A stretch of 64,000 bases of DNA from the human T2T-CHM13v2.0 reference genome, Homo sapiens: the NCBI GenBank assembly GCA_009914755.4, contig CP068257.2, positions 27,360,001 through 27,424,000 of the forward strand, read 5' to 3'. Positions 31,343-45,978 of this stretch are shown piece by piece. The translations under genes were made by a program, and so were the position numbers. Each line of letters starts with the position of its first letter. Position 1 is the stretch's first letter. Under the pieces are notes generated by a model, which was not told where the DNA came from, searched no databases, and saw only the letters and a list, made by a program, of their open reading frames with translations.

Positions 31343-31426
31343 TAAGTAATCCATAAAGTGCCAACATGGGAAAGAAACGGACAAAGGGAAAAACTGTTCC
31401 AATCGATGATTCCTCTGAAACTTTAG
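31343..31426 (+). CDS. USP16: USP16 exon 2 (start codon ATG at 31366-31368)
   Basis: ccaacATGGGAAAGAAACGGACAAAGGGAAAAACTGTTCCAATCGATGATTCCTCTGAAACTTTAG|gtatat encodes MGKKRTKGKTVPIDDSSETL plus G (phase 1). Confidence 0.9.
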
Positions 31427-31569
31427 GTATATTTCATTGATTGAATCTTTAATGTTTATATCTCTAAATGAATATGTTTTAAAATGTAAAAATGGTATAA
31501 AGCTGCATATTATTGTTATATTATCTGCATTTTAATATAATGTTTGTATCTATATGTCATTTAATAGTC

Positions 31570-31875
31570 TTCTACTTTTTTTTTTTTTTTTTGAGAAAGA
31601 ATCTCGCTCTGTTGCCCAGGCTGGAGTGCAGTGGTGCAATCTCAGCTCACTGCAACCTCCGCCTCCCAGGTTCAAACGGTTCTCTCGTGCCTCAGCCTCT
31701 GAGTAGCTGGGATTACAGACACATCCCACCACAGCCAGCTAATTTTTTTTTTTTTTTTTAATAGTGACGGGGTTTCCCTGTGTTGGTCAGGCTGGTCTTG
31801 AACTCCTGGCCTCAAGTGATCCGCCTGCCTTGGCCTCCAAAAGTGCTAGGATTACACGTGAGAGCCACTGCACCT
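31570..31875 (-). repeat. Alu SINE
   Basis: poly-T then gagaaagaatctcgctctgttgcccaggctggagtgcagtggtgcaatctcagctcactgcaacctccgcctcccaggttcaaacggttctc...gagagccactgcacctgac. Confidence 0.9.
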
Positions 31876-31877
31876 GA

Positions 31878-32187
<310 letters not shown>

Positions 32188-32586
32188 TTCAACAACATTT
32201 TTAATGGCATATTATTGCATTTAGCAAAGACCATGGATGTATATTTCATAATTTATTTAGATAATTTTCTACTGTTACAGATTTAGGTAATCTTTAACTT
32301 TTTAGTATTATGAATGGCTCAGTAGTAAACAACTTTATAGCTAAATCTCTCTGTACATCCAAATATTTTCCTAATACACATACATAATTTTTGAATCGAA
32401 GGGTGTAAACATTTTTAAGACTCTTTTGATCCTGTTGCTAAATTGCCATCCAGAAATGTTTTACTAATTTCCAGGCCCCCTATTAGCGTAGTAAAGTGCC
32501 CATTTCCCTGAACCTTCATCGGCACTGGTTAGTATCATCTGTAAACATCTGTGCTGATTTGGTAGTTAAAAAAGGTTACCTTCTGA

Positions 32587-32987
<401 letters not shown>

Positions 32988-34047
32988 TCATTGGACATAA
33001 AGCTAATTATGCCACTTGACTAGTTTCTAAACCTCCAGTGTTCCTGGAACAACTCAGCACTGTAGAGTGGTTTGCAAAGCTCTTTACTTATCTTGGCCCC
33101 AACAGAGTTTTCAGCCTCAGGTTCAACTGCTCATTTTTGCACATTGTGTAACTCCGTCATCTGGGGAGACAGCATGCACTTTCACATGTTTTTGTTCTTG
33201 GCATGGGCATTTTCAGATTGCCCTTCACTCCCTGAGGTCGCAGTTTAAAGTGTGAGCTATGAAGTCTGAAAGACTTGAGTCTAAATTCTGGCATAGATAC
33301 TCAGTAGTTATGTGGGTACTAAATCTTAGTTTTCTCATTTGTCATTGGGAATAATAGTGTCTTCTAGGGTGATTGTAAGGATTAAATGGGATAATGTATT
33401 CAAAACATTTAACAAAGTTCATAGGACATATTTAATTAATATCAGCAATTTTTATTACTATTATTATCTTCTAGGATTGCACAGATGTTACCTCCCCTGT
33501 GAAACTTTTGGTGACTTTAGCCTTCTCTGCTTGTGCTGCTATACCATGTTTCGGAGATTCTTATACATTAATTTATTTAGCTGCCTTTCCTTCCAGAATG
33601 TGAGCTACTCAAAGAAAACAGCTGTGACTTGGTCAATTTTGGGCTCCTGAGCGTCTAGCACAGTGCCTGCCCTATAGTAGGTGTATTATTGACTAAATGA
33701 AGGACGTTTTCTACAAATCTTTAAAGATAAAGAGAATCATAAGTATGATAAAGGGCCTTAATTTAAAGGAAATAGCCAAATAAATTGAAATGAATTTGTA
33801 GTGGGGGACAGTGGTGGTTATATTTAGGACTTCAAGAAAGCGAAACTTCACAAATTTGTGTCAAATCTCTTTCTCACATATTTATCTCATATTATTCAAA
33901 TATCAAACAATTTTAAGTTCAGAATATCTTAACAGTTTATAGAGTAAATTTCATTTTTGAAATGTGAATCGAGGGTAAGTTTTGAGATTAACTGAAGAAA
34001 GTCATTTTTGACCTTATATATTCCTTGTCTATTATTTGTTTTAATAG

Positions 34048-34226
34048 AACCTGTGTGCAGACACATTAGAAAAGGATTGGAACAAGGTAATTTGAAAAAG
34101 GCTTTAGTGAATGTGGAATGGAATATCTGCCAAGACTGTAAGACTGACAATAAAGTGAAAGATAAAGCTGAAGAAGAAACAGAAGAAAAGCCTTCAGTTT
34201 GGCTGTGTCTTAAATGTGGCCATCAG
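34048..34226 (+). CDS. USP16: USP16 exon 3 (ZnF-UBP N-terminal part)
   Basis: ttaatag|AACCTGTGTGCAGACAC encodes (E)[59 protein letters not shown]. Donor CAG|gtatgc. Overlaps ORF 34008..34262. Confidence 0.92.
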
Positions 34227-34902
34227 GTATGCTTACGTTTTAAGATCAATATGGGATTTTAGAAAACTCTTTGAACTTACTTTAGAAGGTATTACCTGAA
34301 AGTACAGTATGGATAAAAGGATACTAGTAACATAGATCATGTTCTCTGGAGAACCAGTTCTGAGATGTGTGTATAGGTGGTGGAGTGTTCTCTGGTACCA
34401 CACCAGTAAAAGTAAGGGAAGCAAGATTAAGCATAGGGAGAAGTTGAATGAAGAGGCAGTGGCAACAGGGTCTCAGCCAATCCCACAGTGATCTCTTGCC
34501 TGAATTGAGGCAAGGAGCTAGACCTTTCTACCTGTGCATAGACCAGTCATTGGATGTGGCCTGCCCCTAGAGCAGGAAGTAACCTTGGGCAAGGCAGCTC
34601 CCTTTTGTTGAGACTGATTCCTGGGGATGGATGGACTAGACTGTGAGCTCTCAGCCGGCCACATTCTCAGCACCTGGGGGAATGAGTAGTACCTTGATCT
34701 TTGGCAGTGAGGGCATGTCTGGCTGGCACATCACAGTATCTACTCTACCAGCTCACAGTTATTACCGTGGTACTAAAGTCAGGGTCTCTCAGTTACCCTT
34801 AGTGGTGGCAAGTTAAGCTTATATGTTAGGAAATTGGGCTACTAGGCAGTAGTCATGAAGTCATGAGGCTTCAAGATCAGGCAGATAGCCAGTTTTTTGT
34901 TG

Positions 34903-35200
34903 TTTTTTTGAGATGGGGTCTCACTCTGTCACCCAGGCTGGAGTGCAGTGGCACAATCTTGGCTCATGGCAGCCTCCACCTCCCAGGTTCAAGCAGTTTT
35001 CCTGCCTCAGTCTCCAAGTAGCTGGAATTACAGGTGTGTGCCACCACGCCTGGCTGAGTTTTGTATTTTTAGTAGAGACAGGGTTTTGCCATGTTGGCCA
35101 GGCTGGTCTCAAACTCCTGATTTCAAGTGATCCACTCACCTTGGCTCCCTCAAAGTGCTAGGAATACAGGCGTGAGCCACTGCGCCCAGCCAGGATTTTT
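34903..35200 (-). repeat. Alu SINE
   Basis: ttgttgtttttttgagatggggtctcactctgtcacccaggctggagtgcagtggcacaatcttggctcatggcagcctccacctcccaggttcaagc...ggcgtgagccactgcgcccagcc. Confidence 0.9.
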
Positions 35201-35696
35201 TGTTTTTTCACGTTTTCAAATTGAAAATCTTATTGAGGTTATTATAGATCATGTGCAGATCTAACAGATAATACAGAGAAATCCCTATGCATTTTTCTCA
35301 GAGTCCCCCAGTGGTAACATTTTACAAAATGAGTATAATATCACAACCAGGATATTGAGATTGAAACAACACACCAATCGCAATCAGATCTCCTGAGTTT
35401 GACTTCTTTTTTTGTGCATGTGTGTATGTGTACATGTGTATTACATTCTGTACACTTTTGTCACCTGTGTAGATTATTCACCACCACAGTCACGATACTA
35501 AATAGTTGAACATCACAGGGATCTCTTATGTTGCCCTTGTATAATCATACCCACCTCCCTACTGCCACCACTCTCTGCAGCCCCTGGCAACTACCATTCT
35601 ATTCTGTATTTCTAAATTTAGTCATTTCATCAAAAATGTTATGTAAATGGAGTCATACAGTGTGCAACATTTGGGGATTGGCTTTTGCTTTTTTCT

Positions 35697-35988
35697 TTTT
35701 TTGAGGCAGGGTCTCACTCTCTCACCCAGGCTGGAGTTCAGCGGTATAATCACGGCTCACGGCAGCCTTCACCTCCCAGGCTCAAGTGATCCTCCCACCT
35801 CAGCCTCCTGAGTAGCTGGGACTACACCTGCATGCCACCACTCCTGGCTAATTTTTGTATTTTTTGTAAAGATGCGGTTTTGGTATACTGCCCAGGCTGG
35901 TCTTGAACTCCTGGGCTCAAGTGATCTACCCCCCTGGGCCTCCCAAAGTGCTAAGATGATAGGTGTGAGCCACCGTGCCCAGCCAGGA
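35697..35988 (-). repeat. Alu SINE (older)
   Basis: tttttgaggcagggtctcactctctcacccaggctggagttcagcggtataatcacggctcacggcagccttcacctcccaggctcaagtgatcc...ggtgtgagccaccgtgcccagcc. Confidence 0.88.
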
Positions 35989-36059
35989 TTGGCTTTTTCA
36001 CTCAGCATAATCACCCAAAGATTTATCAAAGCTGTGTGTATCAAGTTTGCTCTTTTTTT

Positions 36060-36480
36060 ATTACTGAGCGTATTTTATGGCATATAGTACAACAGCTTGT
36101 TTTTACTGTTTACCTGTCGAATGACAACATCTGGGCTGATCCCATTTTTTGGTGATTACAAATAAAGCTGCTGTTAACATTTGTGTACAGGTTTTTGTGT
36201 GAACTTAGATTTCATTTCTCTAGGATAAATGCCCAAGAGTGCAATTGCTGGGTCCTATGGCAATTTAATGTTTAGTTTTTTAAGAAACTGCCAAACTGCC
36301 AAACTGTTTTTTCACAGTGACTCTACCTTTTATATTCTTACTAGCAGTGTATGAATGATTCACTTTCACTTTTTCTTCATTTTTGCCAGCATTTACAATT
36401 GTCACAGTTTTTTATTTTAGCCATCATGATAGTTATATACTGATATCTCATTGTGGTCAGTTAAAAAAATCTGTATGTTA
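36060..36480 (+). repeat. Ancient L1 (LINE-1) fragment
   Basis: ataaatgcccaagagtgcaattgctgggtcctatggcaatttaatgtttagttttttaagaaactgccaaactg...ttttcacagtgactctaccttttatattcttactagcagtgtatgaatgattcactttcac...gccagcatttacaattgtcacag...ttttagccatcatgatagttatatactgatatctcattgtggt, a classic conserved L1 segment. Confidence 0.7.
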
Positions 36481-37756
36481 GAAAAGATACTGTTTACTTG
36501 TATTTGAAAGGTTTAATTGTAACCTTTTAAATACATATGGTGAGTATGAATATGCTTTGCTATTTCAGTTTTTCAGAATATATTTTGTGTTACAAATTTT
36601 TGTGCTACCTTTTTAATTTGTAAGAATAAGACATGTCAGTATTAACTGCTAACTTTTTTCCCACTAGATACCTTTGGCACTGTTAGCTAATGATTCTTAA
36701 CTGTTGTCTCAAGACAACTATGTTTCAAATGATCTCAAATGATGTTGTAATTTTCAAAAATAGTATCAAATGTTAATTCATTTATTTTGTAATTAAATGT
36801 TCAGTGGGATAAATTAAGCGAATAGTGTTTGGGATCATAGTTAAGGAATTAGAAATTACCAATGTATATTTCTTCTCCAAAGTATATATTTAGCTGCAAT
36901 GGAAACACGACCGGTTGTTGTACTGTGATCCAAAAGTTGATAGACTGGTTCCAGTAGATACACAGTGAAGATATGTTTCTTAGCAGTGATCTGACTAGCT
37001 GAAAGCAGAAGTTTAGGTCATGTTCTTTTATGAATAAGCCTATACATCTTTTAGGTAAAAGTCTCCCATTTACTTGTTTAAATAGTGTTTTTTGACCACC
37101 TCCTGTGTTCTAGAATATTTGGTAATAGATTAAGTCTACTGCCTTGAGCCTTTGGGATTTATAGACCAGGTGAGAAAGGATATAAATATCAATAACGTTA
37201 GTACAAGGTAAAAAATAAGGAATGCCACTAGGAATTCATGCCATGTTTTATAGAATTTGTTTAAAGGAAGGAGACAGTATTTTCTCATCTGGGAGATAAG
37301 TATAGGCTTCTGGGAGGAGGTGGCTTTTGAGCAAGATCTTGAAGAGTGGGTGGGATTTGGTTAGGTAGCAGTGTTCATAAAGGATTCTGGATAAATAGAA
37401 TAATGTGAACAAAATTGCATAGTTGTGAAAAGCGCTCAGTGTGTTTTTAGCTGGTCGTTGGTATGTGAATAAGAGAATGTGGGAGTTAACACTGGAGAGA
37501 TATGTCGGGGTCAGAGGATGTCAGGTTTGTTTATTAGGAGTTTAAGAGTGCAATTCATAATTTTTGAATGGTGTATGAACAGAGCTTTGTTTTAGGAACA
37601 CTAAACTGAAAGAATATGCATGTGAAGAAGGAGGCTGAAGTTAGGGGAATGTTTAGGAGACTGTTAAGGAATCCAAACCAGACTTGACTGCATTAGTGTG
37701 GTTTAATCTGGGCTGGAAAGTTGGACAAGAAGAGTACTTTGAGTGCATGGTTTTCT

Positions 37757-38068
37757 TTTTTTTTTTTTTTTATTTTGAGATGGAGTTTTTGCTCTTGTTG
37801 CCCAGGCTAGAGTGCAGGCCCAGACGTGATCTTGGCTCACTGCAACCTCCGCCTCCTGAGTTCAAGCAGTTCTCCTGCCTCAGCCTCCTAATTAGCTGGG
37901 ATTACAGATGTGCGCCACCACACCCGGCTAATTTTTGTATTTTTAGTAGAGATGGGGTTTCACCATGTTGGTCAGGCTGGTCTCGAACTCCTGACCTCAG
38001 GTGATCCCACCCCTGGCCTCAGCCTCCCAAAGTGCTGGGATTACAGGTGTGAGCCACCGCGCCTAGCG
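37757..38068 (-). repeat. Alu SINE
   Basis: poly-T then attttgagatggagtttttgctcttgttgcccaggctagagtgcagg...ggctcactgcaacctccgcctcctgagttcaagcagttctc...ggtgtgagccaccgcgcctagc. Confidence 0.9.
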
Positions 38069-38288
38069 AGTGCATGGTTTTCTAAATACTTGTTGACTTA
38101 AATGTTCTCAGTTGCCTGTGCATATGTAAGTTTTAACAAAATATTGATTCTAGAGTCTAACATTTTCTTTTCAAGATTGTAAGAATGGCAGAATTTCATG
38201 AGCCACTTCCTTGTTTATGATAGATTATGCATTCTCCCCTCTTGCTGAGTTTTTATGGCTTTGAGGTTTATGATTATGATTTTTTTAG

Positions 38289-38392
38289 GGCTGTGGCAGA
38301 AATTCTCAGGAGCAGCATGCCTTGAAGCACTATCTGACGCCAAGATCTGAACCTCACTGTCTGGTTCTTAGTTTGGACAACTGGAGTGTATG
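38289..38392 (+). CDS. USP16: USP16 exon 4 (ZnF-UBP)
   Basis: ttttttag|GGCTGTGGCAGAAATTCTCAGGAGCAGCATGCC encodes [34 protein letters not shown] plus TG of Trp. Donor GTATG|gtgagt. Confidence 0.92.
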
Positions 38393-38833
38393 GTGAGTTT
38401 CAGTTCCTCTGCCTCTTGGGTGGAAATTATTTGAAATATTAGAGAATGGAAATGTTTAAATATGTTTAAGAAGAAAGCAATTTAAAATTTTTGTAGTATG
38501 TTTTAAAATACCATCACTTTCACAAAGCTAAAGAATGCAGTATTATGAGAAGCTTTTACTTGGACGTTTGCACAAGCACAAACATTGTAACATAGAAGAC
38601 TTAAGAATCTTTACCCCTTTGTTTTTCTTGCTTGTGATATTATAAGGCATATAGTGGAGATAGGGACGCTAAGAACAAATTTCAGATAAAATTGTAATAA
38701 AATTTTGGCTATGAATTTGCATGAAAATAAATGTCAGTCTGGTATGTTATAGATGCTGCATTGTAACATCATTAAAACAGATTTTTACGTCTTAAAAATC
38801 ATTTTCACAGTAGTCTTCACTGAATGACATCTT

Positions 38834-39133
<300 letters not shown>

Positions 39134-39180
39134 TTGAATGGCATCTTTCAATTGTAAAAGTTGTTACTTTTGTCTGGCTA

Positions 39181-39510
<330 letters not shown>

Positions 39511-39722
39511 CTACTTATATGCAGCCATAATTCTGGCTAATTTTATTAATAATAAACCAGAGTTAATATGCATAGTCTTCTTCAGGAAAACAGAATTTTT
39601 ACGTTCGGTTTCTTTAATAGAATAAGTTGGCAGTTACACACTTTGATTCCAGGAATTATTATTTGTCTCCCCCTTTTTAGTTGTCATTTTGTCATTTTTC
39701 ATCTCTGATTTTTGGGTCACAG

Positions 39723-39826
39723 GTGTTACGTATGTGATAATGAGGTCCAGTATTGTAGTTCAAACCAGTTGGGTCAAGTGGTTGATTATGTCAGAAAACA
39801 AGCCAGCATTACAACTCCAAAGCCAG
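39723..39826 (+). CDS. USP16: USP16 exon 5
   Basis: tgggtcacag|GTGTTACGTATGTGATAATGAG encodes (W)CYVCDNEVQYCSSNQLGQVVDYVRKQASITTPKP plus G. Donor CCAG|gtaaaa. Confidence 0.92.
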
Positions 39827-40727
39827 GTAAAATAATTTGTTTCTTTAATATACACCAAATGTCGATTTGTGTATCTGCTGATACTTAGATTTGTTATACT
39901 ACCTAGCATTACATACAGCTGAGTAACATTAGTTATGGTTGATTGCAAACTATGAAACTATTTTTGGTTTAACTATAAGGTATTAGAAGGGATATGAGAA
40001 ATGATCTAGTCAGATGTGATGAAGGCCATAGACTAAGGTAATGGCCATTAATGCTAAGACTAAGGTAATTCCCATAACCCTAGCCAGGCTTACTATAGAC
40101 CTGCCTTACACTGTTCTTACTGTCGTACATTTTGTAATAGCAAGATTTCAGTCTGTCTGCTGGGATAACATAAAGCATTTGTGATTCCTTCTAATGGTCA
40201 GATATTTCTTAGGTTCTTTCCATGCATAATTAAATTAATTGGCTGACATACAGCATTTGCTTTAAGCATGTTTTTTAAGTTTTTATTGTCACAAGTATCT
40301 TTGTCAGAGCCAGAATTATTTGTTTTTTACTTTAGGATTGATTTTTGACCCACAGAATTCATTAAAAAATTTATTTCATGTCCATGTTCTTGATTGTTTT
40401 ATATTCTTAATTTCACAAGGTAAGATGTGTTCATTTGTAAAGAATTTTCGTGCAGTAAAAAAGGGAGATTTATACCAAAGCACATACTGTTTGGTTTCAT
40501 TTATCAAACTAATGCTTACTTTAGGTCTGAGTATTTTTTGTTTACTGGGTTTTGTGTTTTTTTTCTGGATGGCAATTTACCTGTATCTATTTAAAATCAA
40601 ATGGGTGGGTGGGTTGGAAAGAATGACTTCAGGTAAACTCACAAACTCTAGTACTGTTTCCCAAGTATACTTCTGCATTCGATATGACTGTATTACACAT
40701 TTTGCTAAATCTTTTCTTTTTTTAAAG

Positions 40728-40915
40728 CAGAGAAAGATAATGGAAATATTGAACTTGAAAATAAAAAATTAGAAAAAGAGAGTAAGAATGAACAAGAGAG
40801 AGAAAAGAAGGAAAACATGGCTAAAGAGAATCCTCCCATGAATTCTCCTTGCCAAATAACCGTGAAAGGACTCAGTAATTTGGGAAACACATGTTTCTTC
40901 AATGCAGTTATGCAG
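40728..40915 (+). CDS. USP16: USP16 exon 6 (catalytic Cys box)
   Basis: tttttaaag|CAGAGAAAGATAATGG encodes (A)EKDNGNIELENKKLEKESKNEQEREKKENMAKENPPMNSPCQITVKGLSNLGNTCFFNAVMQ. Donor CAG|gtacat. GLSNLGNTCFF is the UCH/USP active-site Cys motif. Confidence 0.93.
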
Positions 40916-41001
40916 GTACATTGTCATTTTTTTCCCTTTAAAAAAGCTGTCCTTTTCCTCATAGAATCTGCTACTTACATTATTGAGTTTTTTCCACCTG
41001 A

Positions 41002-41338
<337 letters not shown>

Positions 41339-41785
41339 AGAAAACTTAAGGAAAGTTTTATTGCATGACAGTAAGAGAGTTTGGTGAGCACTCGGGTGCA
41401 GTGGGTTTGAAAGAAATATTGCTGCTTCTTTCATGGAGCTTGCACTTGGGTGGAGGAAACACAGGATAACCTCATATAGAAGCAAATACGTACCTACAGG
41501 TAGTGGTAAGTGGTTGTGAGAGAGTCATGGTGGAGGATTGGGGATAGCTACTTCTGATTGGGTGGTGGGAGAATGCCCCACTGAGGTGATGAATAAGCTC
41601 AGAACTGAAGTAGTTATGACCCAAATAGAGTAGGGAGAGAAGCATCTGTAACTTTTCATTTTCCAAGTATAGAGTTTTCAGTGTTGGTCATGATTTTCTG
41701 TTTTGATAGAATAGACACTTAAGAAGTGTCAGAGTTGATTTGCCTTTAAATAATTTTTCTCTTTTTTTTTCACCCTACATTCTAG

Positions 41786-41881
41786 AACTTGTCACAAACA
41801 CCAGTGCTTAGAGAACTACTAAAAGAAGTGAAAATGTCTGGAACAATTGTAAAAATTGAACCACCTGATTTGGCATTAACA
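41786..41881 (+). CDS. USP16: USP16 exon 7
   Basis: cattctag|AACTTGTCACAAACACC encodes NLSQTPVLRELLKEVKMSGTIVKIEPPDLALT. Donor ACA|gtatgt. 32 codons, phase 0. Confidence 0.92.
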
Positions 41882-42476
41882 GTATGTTCTTTAAACTTTT
41901 CTAGTCTGTAACTTTCCTCTCTGAATGTGTGTTTTCTAAATTATTTTAAATAACTGACACTCATTTCCACTGTTTTTGTTTGTTTTGTTTTACTTTAGGC
42001 TACTAACTTAAACAGTTTCAGGCTAATAGAAGTTATAAGGAGGCATTACATCTGTTTGCTGTGTGTGTGCTCTGTTTTTCTATGCTCGAGTGTTAAGCTT
42101 CCTTCTTGGGAATGTGTATATGTTTGAGAAGCCTTAGGCTTACATTATTATTTTTAACATCTTTAAGGTGACTTAAGAGCTGTGTAACCAAATAAATATT
42201 ACCTTATCCATTTTTATTATTTACATTTTGCTTTGGCTCTTTCAATTCTTAGGTAGTAAGTGTTCCAGATAATCTAAAACTAAAATAGTAGAGCTGAATT
42301 CTGCATAAGACAGTCTGTGACCAAACAGTTTCTATCTCTTTTGATGTACATTTTAAACTTTTAAATGGGGCAGTTCTGTCAGGAACATTGGTAGTATATG
42401 TTAACTAATTAGATTTTAGTAAAGTCAGTGATTCCAGAATTTGACTGAAGAAAGTAATTTCTTTTCCCATATTCAG

Positions 42477-42607
42477 GAACCATTAGAAATAAACCTTGAG
42501 CCTCCAGGCCCTCTTACTTTAGCCATGAGCCAGTTTCTTAATGAGATGCAAGAGACCAAAAAGGGGGTTGTGACACCGAAAGAACTCTTTTCTCAGGTCT
42601 GTAAAAA
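42477..42607 (+). CDS. USP16: USP16 exon 8
   Basis: catattcag|GAACCATTAGAAATAAACC encodes [43 protein letters not shown] plus AA. Donor AAAAA|gtgagt. Confidence 0.92.
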
Positions 42608-42931
42608 GTGAGTATCCACTTCGATTGTGCTTTCAGTGCCTCAGTGAGATGCTGAGAAATAATATTAATATTAAATAGTAAAATATAAAAATATTAATAG
42701 CATTACATTTAGTCAACCCTCTATATACAAAAGGCATAGTTTTTTTTCATTTGGATTTTAAAATATATTTTATGTGATAGTTAAATCTCCCAAGGGTGTT
42801 AATGGACTAAACGGAAATTTGTAGAAACCAGAACTCTCTGAGATTTGGGATATGATCCTAAGATTTTCTAAAAATAGCTTCAGAGCTTAGTAGACTGAAG
42901 ATTGCTTTTCTGTCTTTTTGTTTTTCTCTAG

Positions 42932-43019
42932 AGCAGTGCGGTTTAAAGGCTATCAGCAGCAAGACAGCCAGGAGCTGCTTCGCTACTTATTGGATGGGAT
43001 GAGAGCAGAAGAACACCAA
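42932..43019 (+). CDS. USP16: USP16 exon 9
   Basis: ttttctctag|AGCAGTGCGGTTTAAAGGC encodes (K)[29 protein letters not shown]. Donor CAA|gttagc. Confidence 0.92.
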
Positions 43020-44059
43020 GTTAGCATGTTATGACCATTGTATTTTATGATCTTATCTTCATAAGCTTTCTGTCTCATTTGATATCTTACGAGTTAAAAC
43101 AATGAAAGCTAGTTATTAAGGCCATCATACTTTAAAATTTTTTCTTACACCAGCTTTTTCAACTAGTATGTTTTCACCATTAGAATGAATCCAGAGAATT
43201 AGCAGTAATTCTCTTTCTCATGATGGCTTAAGTTTAGTTGATGTTTACAGCATTAATGTTCTTTAAAGATTCTGTTGTACTAACCTATACGAAGAGAGCT
43301 GCCAAATATTGGAAATTGTTTCTCCCAAACCCAGGTGCAGCACACCCTTACTTTTAATTCTGAGTCTGATTTAATACTGTTTTTTGAACCTAGGAAGTAT
43401 TTTCATTTTGTAAGAGTCAGGGAACATTGGTTGCATTTTAAAATTTTTGTTACTTGCCAGGATATAAAAAAATGTATTTGGGGTATGAATTAATGAGTAC
43501 TAATAATAGTGATAATAACTAATATTTATTTCGCACTTATTTTTATGCCAATCACTGTTTTCAGTGTTTTGTATTAATTCCCTTACTTCGTTCTCACAAA
43601 GTTTCTGTGAGGTGGATACTGTGATTTTTTCCTATTCCATAGATTGAGAATCTAGGCTGTAGAGAAGTTCAGTACCTAGTTTAAGGTCCCCCAGAAATAA
43701 TGGAGCTGGGCTTTAAGCACTGGAGTCAGACCCTGTGGCTGTCATGTAATCATTGTGCTTGTAGGACAAGCTATTTCAGTTTCTTCTCAAAGGTGGTGGG
43801 CATGTTCTGAAAACCTTTGGCTTGAAGAGGTTTAAGATCTTGAAATGATAAGATAATACCTTTATTCAATGGTTAGTGATTGCTTTGTGACATAATTCCT
43901 TTTTAGCTCCTTGAATTAAGTTTGAAAATGTGATTTTGGAATTATTTAGTAAATATGGGGAGCTGTATCCTGATCACTTTCTTGACTTGATTACATATTT
44001 CTAAGGAAAATAAAATTTAAAATTTAATAGTATATATATATCCATTTTATTACTTTTAG

Positions 44060-44138
44060 AGAGTGAGTAAAGGAATACTTAAAGCATTTGGTAATTCTAC
44101 TGAAAAGTTGGATGAAGAACTAAAAAATAAAGTTAAAG
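44060..44138 (+). CDS. USP16: USP16 exon 10
   Basis: tacttttag|AGAGTGAGTAAAGGAATAC encodes RVSKGILKAFGNSTEKLDEELKNKVK plus G. Donor AAAG|gtaatg. Confidence 0.92.
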
Positions 44139-45462
44139 GTAATGTCTGACTTTTTGAACTAAAACACTATAGTTGAATTCCTCTGTACCTTAGGACAAGA
44201 TTGCTGGCACATATATTTCCAAGTCCACAATTATTAATGTATAATTTCTCTTTATCAACGTTGATTAGTAAAAATTATTCAGTGCTCCAGAAGTGAACAG
44301 TTTTACCCCATGGTGTATTCTTTTTATGTATTAAAGATAGAACTATGATGAATTACAGTTTTACTTTTCAAAAGCTTAAAATTATAATTAGCAGTAATAC
44401 ATGAATTATATTTGTTACTGTGAGTTGTCAGTAGTTGGTTTATTAATCATGGAGCCAACTTAGTTCTTATTATGTGGCGTGTAAAGATTTAGGGCAGATC
44501 TGCCCAGTAGAACTTCCTATGTTGATGGAACTCCTCTATACCTTTGCTGTTCCATATAGAAGCAACTAGGCACGTGTGGCGCCTGAAATGTGACTGGTGA
44601 AACTGAGGAACTACATTTTTATTTTTATTTAATTGTAATTAAATTTAAATAGCCGTAAGTGACTAAGGGCACTGTATTATAAAGCACAGATTTGAATCAA
44701 CTCATAGCAACTCTTTGCCTCCTTGGTGCCCTTTAGAGCCTGGCCAGTAATGGAGAGAATTACCCCTGCTGGCATTTTCTGTCAGAAAAGTGTGGTTCTG
44801 CATAAATTATCATTTGAATAATGCTTATAGGTTTCACGTATTTGGAAAATTGGCTGATCAAGTAGTAAAATTATGGCTTTTAGTTATATTAAACTTATCA
44901 AGATTATTTCTGGGAGCATAGGAAAATAAAAGGAAGATTTTGTTTGAAATATTTTCCTGAGGTTTTTCTTTTGTTTTTAAAATATCAAAGGAGTTCAGTC
45001 TTAGAGTTCACAAAACAAGTTACATGCATTTTCTCTCCCAGTTTGCTACTCTGGTATCTTTTATCAGTCTTGAATGTTAGAATGTTAGAGCTAGAACTAA
45101 GGAACTAGGCTGTCATTCAGCCTACTCTGAGCTGTTCATTTTATACTAATGGAGAGAGAGAGAAAGACATAGAAGTCTCACTGACTTGCACAGTTTACTT
45201 CCCACTGACTAGATCTTGGATAAGGACTTTTTGTCTTATTCATAAAAGGCGATTGTGTTCAATTATGTTATGCTCAGAGGTGGAATATATAATACTGACT
45301 TCTATTGCTTAAAAAAGGTGATTATGAATGGAGGAAGAAGTCTGTGGGACAGGAAATTTAAAATAAAATTTTAGAGTTAGATAGGTAAGTAGTTTTAGCT
45401 TTTCTTGTTTAATTAATTATATAACGGTAATTGGTAATTGATAGACTTTTTTTTCTCCATAG

Positions 45463-45554
45463 ATTATGAGAAGAAAAAATCAATGCCAAGTTTTGTTGAC
45501 CGCATCTTTGGTGGTGAACTAACTAGTATGATCATGTGTGATCAATGCAGAACT
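45463..45554 (+). CDS. USP16: USP16 exon 11
   Basis: ttctccatag|ATTATGAGAAGAAAAAATC encodes (D)[30 protein letters not shown]. Donor ACT|gtaagt. Confidence 0.92.
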
Positions 45555-45921
45555 GTAAGTAGATGTCATGTATACTGGGTTTATTTGCTAATATTCAACA
45601 GTTTATCAATTGTTTATTTCAAAAGCAGAAATCTCTACCTTCATAGGATATCTTTTTAAACTATTCAGATGCTATTCAGATGTGCATGGTTCTTTGTGGG
45701 AAATGTCAGCACTCCTTAAATCTTGAAGACGTTAAACAGTTTGATTTATTTCCCCCAACCCAAAGTCCTCAATGTTGTGTAATTTTTCATTTCAAATTTT
45801 CTTAAGCCTTTGTTTATTTTAAAACCCATCCCCTACTCCCCATCCCACAGGGCAGGGAGGATCTTACTATGTAACATTTACAGTATTTACATTTTTACAC
45901 TGTCTTTTCTGATTGGTTAAG

Positions 45922-45978
45922 GTCTCCTTGGTTCATGAATCTTTCCTTGATTTGTCCCTCCCAGTTTTAGATGATCAG
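45922..45978 (+). CDS. USP16: USP16 exon 12
   Basis: gattggttaag|GTCTCCTTGGTTCATG encodes VSLVHESFLDLSLPVLDDQ. Donor CAG|gtaaga. Confidence 0.92.

Noticed and set aside
40320-40772. 150-aa ORF MFFTLGLIFDP...
   Set aside because: It runs through AT-rich USP16 intron 5 into exon 6 in the wrong frame. It is explained by intron sequence plus the real exon 6 (40728-40915).
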